NCBI GenBank assembly: GCA_964187785.1
Contig: OZ076417.1
Location: 16,554,001-16,618,000, forward strand
Direction: 5' to 3'
From: Amphiscolops sp. MND2022
Lineage: Eukaryota
Length of the DNA stretch: 64,000 bases
Shown here in pieces: positions 24,738 to 35,487 of this stretch. Numbering within the stretch: position 1 is the stretch's first letter; the number at the start of each line of letters is the position of its first letter. Under the pieces are notes generated by a model, which saw nothing but the letters and a program-made list of their open reading frames with translations, was not told where the DNA came from and did no database searches. Both the position numbers and the translations under genes were made by a program.

Positions 24738-25254
24738 TGGAACGTTGCAGCGTGTTTTTCTACAAAATCCTCGTTTAATTACCAGCTTCGCTGGTGTTTG
24801 GTCTGCCGAAAATTTTCCCAAGCAGCCAGCATGGAGCAAAAAGCGAATACAGAAAAAGATTTTGTGCCCAAGACCTCGTTTGGTTTGGTTTCGAATTATC
24901 AACACATCCCCAGCGGGTGCATTTGGAAAACATTGGCTGCTACTGGGTGCCGTGGTAACTAATCAAAGCAATATTCGAGTTTTTATTTGGGATTGTCTGG
25001 GTCAGCCCTTGTCGCACTACAAAATTTTCGCTCAACGCCTGAGACTTTCGTACAGAGATACTGGATTTTTGACGATAAACTTACGCCTGAAAAATTTGAG
25101 TTCAAACATATGTGGTCTCTACTGACTTTTCGTGATTGACTACATTGCAAGGAACCCAACAAAGGTACCGAACATTGATGCCAAACTAAAGAACTTTACT
25201 GAAGTTGAAAATGTTCGTTTTATGAATTGCCAATACAAAACCACTTTAACCTAG
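24730..25254 (+). pseudogene. Maverick adenain-like cysteine protease
   Basis: FAGVWSAENFP, IINTSPAGAFGKHWLLL (His), IWDCLG (Asp) and LKNLSSNICGLY (Cys). Premature stop at 25123-25125. Confidence 0.85.
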
Positions 25255-26149
25255 TGAGTTATTTTTCCTCTAACAGTGAAAAAGACAGTTGTTGATAGTG
25301 GTGTTGAGAAATTTTTCGGAAACGTTTCAATTTGGAAATTTTTATTTAATCGTAATTCTGTACATCGGAACATTGAGTATTTAATAAATTAACAAAATCA
25401 ATCTCTGTAGCATGCATCGGGTTTTGCGAATTGCCGAACTCTTGCACGGTTTTTCTGCAATGTAATTTATCGAAGCAAGACAGTTTAAGCCACGCCTAGA
25501 GCTGCCAAAGTTCTTTTTGGCTAGCTTAATCATTCCCGCATCTTTTTTGGATAGTTTGGGTTAAAAGTCAATACATCGGAATTGGAGTTTTTCATACAAC
25601 AATATATCTGAAGTAGGTTTTGCGAGAAACTTTTCTCCTCGTGTTGTTGCCAACACTGCCATCACTTGAATGTTCGGCTTCATAGTCGATGAATGGTCAA
25701 TTATACCGGGATTCGTTGTCATCACTGGCATAATCCACTGACAGGTTGTCCCAATCAACAATGTCAGACAGTTGATCCTCGTCGTTGCCGACAGATAAAG
25801 TTTGATTGAAACCAGGATCAGGGGCGCCTAATTACGAAAATTCAATTTAAACAATCAAGCAAGCCTTGAGAACAAAATATAAATACTATTTTTCTGAACA
25901 GATTACTCATAAAATTAGGCCAAAACCGAGTACCAGGTTCGTTTCAATGGAGATTTTTGCGACATTGTTTCTGAGGACGAGGACGTGTAGGATGAAGACG
26001 TGAATGAATCTCCATTGTCACAATCCAAATAAGATTCTTCTGGAGTGGAAGCGCTGCTTTCACTGTCACTATTAGCTCCGCTATCGTCAGAAGTATTTGA
26101 ATGGACTAAATTTTAACAAATGGTTAAAACTCAACACTTTTCTTTTTAG

Positions 26150-29100
26150 TTAAAAATTATGAATACTAATTTCAGTAGATGCAGGAATAGCATAGTGGCC
26201 ATAGGCGAGGGAATGGATGCCATCGTCCAAAAGGTAACGTTTGTCGTCGAAAGTCGTAAGGGCAACTTTGTCTACTGAATTATCAATGATTTGATGGTTG
26301 ACAGATCTCAACTGAGTCATCTTTTTTTCTGCTGATTGATTTTTTGCTCTCTCTGTCAAAAGACACTGTCTGAAACTGTTGTGAATTGTTTCTTCACTGC
26401 CTTGCCGACACCTTTAGCACTCTGCTTTTTACCCCCGACAAAGTCAATGCTGTACAATTTTGACCGGAGGCACACTACTTCTTCTCTAGGGATTTTGCCT
26501 TGAAGTTCATCTGTCATGGTGAATTGTACTTTCTTATTTGTTGGATCGTAGAGAAAATGTTCTCGAGGGTAGTCGGACAAGTCCAACAGATGTTTAAAAC
26601 TAGCCTTGTCCTCGTACAAGTTTACAGTTTTAATGCAGTAGAGAAGTGAATCAGTGTCTTTGTAGGCCAATTTCAGTCTGTCTGCGGAACTGCGGGGAAT
26701 CATCTCCTCGTAATGGAACTTGTATAGAGACAGCTTTGCGAGATCCAGCATTGAGGACCCAACTGCAGTTGGTTTATCCCAAAGAACAGTGGTAGAATTG
26801 AAAAAAAACTGTAACTAAGTTTTCACCTATAATGTGAAAAGCCTTGAAAGCGGCACTGTTAACAAAAGATTCTGCTTCCTCAACATTCGTGAGGAACCGA
26901 ATGTTACTGCGTTTGCGCAGATTCTCCATGGTCTTTCCAAAGCACGCATTGCTCATCAACTTGAAAAAAGCTTTCTCGAAGTCGTTTTCGGATTGTTTGC
27001 GCATTGTTGTCTTTTTTTCCATATACGCTCCCAACCATCTACTTTGCTGGAACTGACAAACTCGATGTAACTTCTCAACAATCAATCCATGCTTCACATA
27101 AAATTTCAAATTTTCAGAGTGGCAAACATAGTTTTTCTTGTCAAACAATGTTTCCACTAATTTAGCGGACTTGTTGGGTTGAACTTTGAAAGTTTTCGCA
27201 TAGTCGGTGAACCAAGACGAACGAATTTTTCTGGCGCTAGAGGCAATCCATTGTGAATGTCGTGCAAGTGTTGAGGATACTTTAAATCGACTTCAACAAA
27301 AAATCCCACGCTTGAATCTTCAGGTGTTTCAAGTATTTCTTGCAAAGTGATTGTAGAGTTCCAGATGTAATCGCACCTTGGCATCAGTTTCTGTATTGTA
27401 CCTGCGTACAAAGAAGTAACATCGAAAAACCCACCAAAGGTAGTAACTTCGTTTCGATCATAATCACTCAACAATGAATTGTTCGCCCTGAATTGTCTAA
27501 CTTCACCAACTCCACAAATGCTCCTTTCAAAAAATAGAAGTTTGTCGTTGTCATCGAGTAAACCCAACTTGGCTTCTGTTGATATAAGCATGGCATCCCA
27601 AATCAAGTTGAGCGCTGAGTAAAAGTGAGACGGATCAAGCTTGTAGACGTAAATGCATACTTTTGTGAATTTTTCCAAAATATCGGCCAACAGGAATACA
27701 TCAGCAGTAAATATCGTGGTAATGGCCTAAATTTTGGCAAGAGAAGGCGTTGTAAATGCTAACCGCCTCATCGTAATCATCTGAGGTAATGTCTATGGAT
27801 CCAGTCAAGGAGTTGCTCCAGGAATCGCCGAACGGTGAAAAGGCCACAACAAACTTCTGTAAACTATCCAAAAAAATTAACGGGAAATGTCCCTTCTTTG
27901 TGAGCTTCTGGAACAAATCATCTGTCACATGGGAAAAGTGTCGGCGGAGTAGAACAACTTCTTTTAGTTTTACAGTCTTGGCTAAAGAATCGAGACTTTG
28001 CGACATGAATTGCAAACTGTCCAAGAACCTCATTGAATGTCGTAAAGTTACAAACTTGTTTCTTTTATCTTTGTAGCTCCCCACAGGTATCGCTTTGCTG
28101 AATGATGTGAATGTTTCGTCAGTTCAGTTCTTGCAATAGCTGACAATTTTTCTCCCGCGAGCAACCTTATGTTTTTAAGGATATGGTGCGAATCATAACG
28201 AGAAAGATTGTGAAAAAAAATTGGCAGAAACTTTGTGGTTTGGGCCCGCTGGTTACAACTGAAGTGAGCAACACCAAAAACTGTGCCTGTTACGAGGCAA
28301 TGATGAATTACTCGATTTAACACTTCAGAAGCTTTGTGACAAATGCAGCACTCAGCTGATGGCGCCGACAAAAGTTTTTTCTCTGCGTTTTACACATCTT
28401 TAGGAATCTGAATTTCTGTTTCTCTCGATAACTCCACTTGCACCAATCTCGTAAAACTGAAAGCAATTTTTCGATGCAATTCTGTCCTCTGCTGGATATT
28501 GCCGCTCCACTTACCGGGTTTTCAACTTGCAACCAATTGAGCCCATTGAAGGCACACTTATGGCTTCCAAATCGGCGTAAACTTTAAAGGGATTCCATTG
28601 TGTTTTCTGCCAGTTAGTGAATTCAATAACGCGTTCTTTGTCGGGCATTCGATTTTCCAAAGGGGCATTGCTTTCACAAAAGTTCAAATGTTTTTCCATG
28701 TTCTGTTTCAAGACAGGTTGATAACAATTTCGACAAAGCCGTCTTTTTGGTCCCTTTGCTTGCTTCTTTGGTGATCTTGATAAATGGTGAACGATGTTTG
28801 AAAACTTGAAGTTTCTAATCAAACAATAGTGTCTCTTCTTCCCTTCGATTAAACGCAAAAGATCCACCCTTCGTTCGAACTTTTTGTTCTTGCTGTTGTA
28901 AACGTTGACGCGTTTGTTACCATCCAATTGATACACATAGATCTTACATTTGTTTTGCAACTCGAACGATCGGATACCAGAGATTGGCATTGGAATTTCA
29001 CTTGCATTGAACTTCAATTTTTGAAAATTTTTCAGATGTATATTCGGCCTGAATGGACGTCCAACAACAGAGGAGAGAGTATATATGAAGTATATATATA

Positions 29101-29843
29101 TATATATATATATACGCAGTATATGAAGCAGAAATTGTCTTTCTTATTGATGATATTCAATAGACTTCGACTCACTTTCTGGAAAATAGCTGGAGTCTCA
29201 ATATAAGAGCCACCAACAGCGGAAGCACATTTAGCTGTTTTCATTTCGAAACACATCAATTTTTTCACAACCCAGCTCGAACCACCGGTAGCGAAAACAT
29301 TCAACTGGCTAATTAGCTGATCAACATGCTCCATATACTCTTCTTCGGTGATTTCAACAGCCAGCCTCATCATGTTAGAATTAAAGTAAGCTTCGGTTGA
29401 TTCTTCAACGATGGGTTTGACCAATACAACACTGATTGAAAATCCTATTTCAACACTCGCAGTTGTGTTCATTAAGGAATCCACAAAACGCAAAATATTG
29501 TCTTTCAAAGAAACCAAACAGCTGAAGGGGTCAATGAAAGAGGCATTTCCTGTTTCTTCTCGATGAATTTGAAAGCGGGAATTCAATGCTCTTGTAGTAA
29601 ATTCAACCACTGATGACTCTTCAGCAACACGCGGTCGAGATGAAATTGCCATTTCACGGTCATTTTCATGATCATTGAACGTAGATGTCTCAAAAGATTT
29701 TTGACCTGGGTGAAACCAACAGAACAGTGTCCACATTGGAAAACTTTGGCATTTCGAGAATCATCGAAGTGCTTGGTTTTGATATGATTTGTTATTGCTC
29801 GTTGTGAAGTCAAAATCTTCCCACATTGGTAACACGAGTACAT
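26150..29843 (-). pseudogene. Maverick protein-primed DNA polymerase B with N-terminal C2H2 fingers, many frameshifts
   Basis: GGSYIETP, YADLEA, FHNLSRYDSH, RFLDSLQFMSQSL, YKLDPSHF, FDVTSLY, KLMSNACFGKT, YKDTDS, LRSKLYS, FDDKRY and GHY, found in order along the minus strand. Confidence 0.95.
29091..29114. repeat. (TA)12 microsatellite inside the polB N-terminal region
   Basis: Directly visible. The reading frame shifts in this neighbourhood. Confidence 0.95.
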
Positions 29844-30379
29844 TTCAGATCAAAATCTTTCACAGCAAAGTCCCTTTCAAAGTATCGTGAAAACACGCTT
29901 TTAAATAAACACGCAAAAAAAGAACATTGATGCAAAGAATTCCACAATAACTACTAATTGAAAAGCTTCAGACCGCGAAAAAGCCTCAAATCAAATTATT
30001 GCTATCGATGTCTTAGTCTGTAGTTTTAAGTGTGTCGCAACACTTTTTTTGTTTTTTTTCTTTGAATGGGGACTATGGTTTAATTACCAAGAGAAGCCTT
30101 TTTCGTTTATTTTCTAGTTTTTCAGAATTGGAAAGAAAAGTTCATAACACTGATTTTCGAAAGTTATGCGAAGTTAGATATACATTGTAAAATCATTCAA
30201 TTAAGCAAAATGATATTTTGAAAAATGTTTTGTCTCGGTTACTTTTGCTTCACGTAGAATAAGGTTGAATGCATTTGATAAGAAATCAGAAAGTGACACA
30301 GAAATGTCAGCTCAGTTTACTTTGTTCAGTTTCGGTTTCCAACAGCGAAGTTCAAACTAAAATTTTCAACAGTTAGTGG

Positions 30380-30549
30380 TTTGACAGCCGAGTGGTAAAA
30401 TATACAAATATTTACCTTTCTAACAAAACGACCTTTGACCTTTATGACTTAAAAAATTTTCGGTTTGTGAGCCCAAAACGTGCATTGAAAATCTTCAAAA
30501 ACTTTCAAAAGAGCCAAAAACGTGCATAAACACCCCGTCTATTTTTACT
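30380..30549 (-). repeat. Maverick right terminal inverted repeat
   Basis: Mirror of 16837-17030, followed by the AATACT TSD at 30550-30555. Confidence 0.9.
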
Positions 30550-30645
30550 AATACTATTTTCTTCAAAATAGGAAAATTGTTATATCAAAACATTGTCACA
30601 ATCATATTTGATAATTCAAGAAAAAACAACTACTCAATATCATAC

Positions 30646-30804
30646 CCGCTTGTTCCAGCTGTTCTTCCAACTCAGTGCAAAAAGTTTGGTTGGTAGTGAA
30701 AACGAGACAATCTTTGGGCAAAAGAAGTTTCAACGCATCTGTCTCGTTAGCTTGCAAGTGAGAGCCACAAAAACCACTTGCAGGACAATGCACAATACTC
30801 TCAG
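30646..30804 (-). CDS. Host exon (ESIVHCPASGFCGSHLQANETDALKLLLPKDCLVFTTNQTFCTELEEQLEQA)
   Basis: Acceptor cactttgcag, donor gtatga, 159 nt, phase 1-1. Splicing to 16456 creates ...EQA-D-VDEC, restoring the cbEGF start. Confidence 0.65.
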
Positions 30805-30915
30805 CTGCAAAGTGACCCGGATGATTAGAAAAATAACGTCCAAAGACTTTTGAGAAAAGCCAACACTTTTCATTAGAACTGAAGTCTCAAAAAGGTCTTC
30901 CAAGAAATTATGGTA

Positions 30916-31347
30916 CTCCTGACTAAGTGTGGTCCCTACAAAATTTATGCAGCCGGCCTGAAAACTCCTGACTAAGTGTTGTCCCTAGCAAATTTAGAAT
31001 AGCCAGCGTAAAGCAAACATTACATGCAGTTCAAAACAGCAGAATTCAATTTACTAGCTTTTAGTGCTGTTACAGCCAATATGTATGGAACTTGATTTGA
31101 AGAGGTTAGCATATTTGTTGTGTGGCTCGGTCGCTTCGCTCCCTTCGCCAAGTAGCAACATTGAGGCATGGCCATATGGCACGTCGCACCGCTTCCCTTC
31201 GCTCCTGCATTTAGGGCACTAGGGGTATTTGAACATAGCTGACTACGTTATAATAATTATTCCCAAAAATTATACAGGGACCACACTTACATTATAGGGA
31301 CCACACTTAGTAAGGAGAAATCGCTTGGGACCACAATTAGTCAGGAG
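30916..31347. mobile_element. MITE-like element with tandem 22-bp subterminal repeats in inverted orientation
   Basis: ctcctgactaagtgt(g/t)gtccct occurs twice on the left. Its reverse complement occurs three times at 31276-31347. Confidence 0.65.
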
Positions 31348-31567
31348 AACCGAAATTATTCGACAAACAAAAAAAAACAAAAACTTGTTTGTAAAACTCG
31401 ACCTTCGAAAAATGCAATAGAAATGATCCCTTCTTTGACTACCGCTGTCAAAACCGCCCGCCATCCACTTCGCTTCGCTGAGCTCATGCATTTTGGGCAC
31501 TATATGTGTCTATGAACGTTGACCAGTATCAAAACTTTCGGACGTTATTTCTTTGGACATAATTTAC

Positions 31568-31678
31568 CGTCCCCGTCAGAAGCGTGTTGCTCGATGCAGG
31601 CGTCAACAGAGTGTTCCACTGTCTGTATTTCAAATATTTGCGCTGCGTGCTGCGATGTCACCAAAATGCATGGGAAAT
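31568..31678 (-). CDS. Host exon (FPCILVTSQHAAQIFEIQTVEHSVDACIEQHASDGD)
   Basis: Acceptor gttttttgcag, donor gtaaat, 111 nt, open, phase 1-1. Confidence 0.55.
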
Positions 31679-31886
31679 CTGCAAAAAACGAGTTCATAAT
31701 TCAATGAAACCAATAACTTCTGTATTGGAACTTTCTAGATTAATTTAGCATTTCGTATATAACAATTGTAGATTTTCTATGCTTTCTAAGTTTTTTGGAT
31801 TGAATGAAATTTGACTCCATAGTGAAAATAAAAGCAACTTTCTATATACGGCTTGAATGATGTTTTCAACTTTCGTCTAGACTCAC

Positions 31887-31965
31887 ATTTCGTAAACACC
31901 AGTTCGTAAACTACGCCGGTGATTCGCAGTAGAGACACAAGCATAACACCACATGTGGTTTGCAT
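31887..31965 (-). CDS. Candidate first coding exon with weak signal peptide (MQTTCGVMLVSLLRITGVVYELVFTK)
   Basis: ATG at 31965, an upstream in-frame stop and donor gtgagt in phase 1, matching the next exon. Confidence 0.4.
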
Positions 31966-33430
31966 AAGGAGTGTCAGTATGGGCAATTTTCAATAAACTT
32001 CCAGCTTAAGAACTAAAGACCATCTGCCTTACTTGATATTCACAAGCTGTTTGAGCCGAAAGCTGGAAAAACTTTTTGTGTTTTTTTTGGGCTTTATCGC
32101 ACCAAAAGGTCCCATTTCCAGAGCTTCCGATAGTTCCAGTTACGGAAAATCCTTTACTAGGACTAGAAAATCACCCTTATGGAATTATGAAGGTTCTTAG
32201 AATAGTATCGAAGAGAGCCTTTTAGTACTTTCAAAACTTTTGGCGCAATTTGAGTCCTGAAGTCGACCATTCAAGGGAAAAGATTTTTGAAATTCTGAGT
32301 GATGTTTTCCTACAATATGGTTGTGTAGAGAATAAGGAGTTGTTTTTGAAAGAATTAGGGTTTGTTGGGGGTATGGGAAGAGGATTGTTACAAGTGGAGA
32401 TACAGTTTAATATTTTAAATTGAGGAGAGATTTAAATGAAAAGACAATTTGTTAGGAATTTTATAGACTAAGTAAAGAAGAGATATGAGGGAAACAACAG
32501 TTTTTAACATGAATGCACAGCTTAGCACCAAACTTAATTAGTTAGTACAAAAAAATGCTTGTAACGGCAAGTTCGCACCATTGCTGCTGCTCAGCTACAG
32601 AGATGGAGGAGCGCATGGTATGGGTTTTTGCCCGGGACAGGCGCCCTCCACCATGAGCCCTTTTTGCCTCTTTCGGGTAAGTTCTCCTCTCATGCCCTAG
32701 TACTTGTTGCTTGTATTGAATTGGTGGTTTCGGCAAAGTTGCTGCTTGCTTCCGCAGGGATTTCTACAACTAGAGGGTGCGTTTTTGTTTTGCAATGAGC
32801 TTCGAGCGCAAGTCAGATCTGTTTTAGAGCCCGCAGGGTTTTGACCAGTCCTCTTTATTTCGTTGTTCAATTACCTGTCGGGATGCTCCCATTGTGATCC
32901 AAGACGGTCACTGAGAAGCTCCATTAAATGTCTTCGCAGGCATATCACTGCCCATGGTTACCCGAGCCTTAGGGTTCCATCCTGGTGCAAATTTAGGCGG
33001 TACTACGTTTCCTCGGAGGCGACCTTGTCTGTCTTCCAAGGTTCTGGACTACGATATTCCCAATTAACCGTGTTCGCGGTAGCAGAACTGTTCATTGAAG
33101 CCTCGCTCAACATAACTGATGGGTCTGGTTCTTTGTAATCCAGCGTTCGCTCTCCAATCTGGCGCTGGGGTTCTAGTCATGTGGAAACTGTGGTCCCGGT
33201 TTGTGTGGCCTCCAAGAGCTCGCAAGCTCTCATTTACGTTGGCTCTGAGGCTGGTCATACTCCAGTTATACCCGATTGGCATACCTGTTGCATCCAATGG
33301 GGACTCATGCCAATTCACAGGCCCATATTCGCGTGGCAGGGTACAAGCCTTCTTTGTTCTTGTTCGCAATTACACATAAAAATTTCGTCTTGTTGGTTTT
33401 TAGAATTGATTGTTGTATAACTTGAATCGT

Positions 33431-34460
33431 TCAAAGTGTATTTTCTGTCCAGTATCGAGAACATAGACGCGCCCTTCTTGTAGCACTTGTGCTACCTAAT
33501 GAGGACCGCGCCATGCTCTCATCATGTATTTCTTGCTGCCGGGTTATAATGTAACCCACATAAGCTTCGCGCGACTCAAGTGATTGCGTGGCGAACTCAG
33601 GATACAAGTAAGCGAGCGGTATTGCTTTTTCCGTTCCTCTTGTCAGCATGTAGGATGACAATCCTGTGTTGACGTGGCGCGTAGAGTTATACACACCCAT
33701 CACCTCACCAAGGTGTTGATACCAGTCTCGGGGCGACGTGAGCAGCATACTCGTAGGGGGCTCAACTAGGTACGATTTTATCGTTTGACAAGTTAGTGGG
33801 TTCTCGGATGGCCAGCTGTTGAGGTCACTTTTGTGACCTGCGATGCTGTCATGATTTCATTGGACACTTCAGCATTTAGATAAGGTGCATTGTCAGATTG
33901 TGGGTGTGCCGTGGCGAGCAAACCACTTTTGTAATAGCAGCTTCGAAACAATTGCGGCTTGAAACATCTACAGCTTCGAAACACTTGAAACATCTACTCT
34001 TCATGGTCGCAGGGGATGGCTTCTGCAAACTTCGAAAAGTTATCAATGATATCTAGGATGCCTGTGTTACGATTGTCAAAAGGGCTGATCTTTATGTGAT
34101 CGTACAGTACCAACTCGTTGAAATGTCCACTTTGGTTGTTTTTAAAGTGGAATCGTACGTCACCGGATTTATCACGCATTTGTTGGCAAGTTAGGCACTG
34201 GCTGACATATTGTCCGATAGTCATGCGGATACCTGGCCAATTGTGACGTTCTTGAATCCTTGCCAGTACTCTGGCAATGCCTTGGTGATCCAGGGCGCCG
34301 TGAGCCTTGACGGGGATCTAGTGTTGATTCAATTGGTGATCCAGGGCATCGTGAGCCTTGAAGGAGATCCCTTGATGATACAATTGCGGCAATACAATCA
34401 TGCAAGGGCGCGGATGGGGACTCTTTGACTTTCTGGGTATCTGACGCATGGTACCTCATT
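33431..34460 (-). pseudogene. Gypsy integrase
   Basis: HHCC zinc motif, core NELVLYDHIKI...IIDNFSKFAEAIPC, and YNSTRHVNTGLS. Confidence 0.85.
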
Positions 34461-35487
34461 TGTGTTGATCAACAGTAAGTTTTTCTGCTGCTTCTATAAG
34501 TTTTTTTGCCAAAACGCGCACGTTTCCAGGGAATATTGGCTGTCAATGGATTCCTTCGCTCCAAGTTTTTTGATTGCAAGTACACGCACATCCCGATTTT
34601 GTGCTAGCAGTAGATCTTTCAGACCATGTACCTTGATGGCATGTTCGTGAAGTTCCATACGTTCACTATTGATAGCAAAGGTCATCTCCTTCACAATTTT
34701 TAGAGCTGGGTTAAGTGCTTGTTCTTCGGCACCAGTTAGCGAATATGTGTTTCTGGTTGGAACGTTGGCTATGTGCGTTGGTAGTAGAAAGCCTTGCCTG
34801 CATTCTTCAGTCAAATGAAGCTAGTCCTTAGAATTTTTAGGACAATCTTCGACAAGGATTGACAAATCTGGCGGCAGCAGTATTGGTAGAAAAGTTCTGG
34901 GTGCTTTCTCGCGTAAGAATACACTCAGATTCCCGTTGCGGATGCGGGCTACTTTTAGCGATGTTTGCGTTCGTGCCATCAGTTTTCCTGAGATGCACAG
35001 GCAGTTCAGGGTGATCTGGAATTTTTGGTCCATGGACATCAAACCTGGGAACCAGTGGGAATTTGTCGTACTCCCCTTGGGATAAGAAGTTCCATTTTTT
35101 GCAACTGGGGGGGGGGATTCTCCCAACTGCCGTTGATGTTTTTTGTAATCGTTCACTCGTTTGCTGAGTCCGTCGACGATTCGATGTTGCGTTCTTGGCC
35201 GAGGCTCGATTTAAAAGGGGTCATGTTTCAGCGGCTAATAATTGCTCGGATCGTTGAGTAAGTTTTCAACCAGGCCACGGTCTGATTGTCTACTCTCAAT
35301 TTGAATTTGCGAGGACACCAGTAGCTGTTGTTCTTCAAGATGAAATAGTTTGCAGCATACACTCATAGTTTTGGAGCGCCGTACTTGGCTTGCGTGGGTG
35401 TTAACGTCTCGCTGCTGAACACAATTGGTCGCAGCTTTCAATTGTCAGGGGGTCCTTGCCATTGGTGAAGAATATCTGATATGGCCA

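Larger units (their letters stand above)
16837..30549. mobile_element. Maverick/Polinton (adintovirus-like) element, full length (13713 bp), decayed
   Basis: Starts AGTAGTAATAG and ends CTATTTTTACT, has about 190-bp TIRs, and is flanked by AATACT on both sides (16831-16836, 30550-30555). Encodes ATPase, integrase, capsids, protease and pPolB. Confidence 0.95.
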
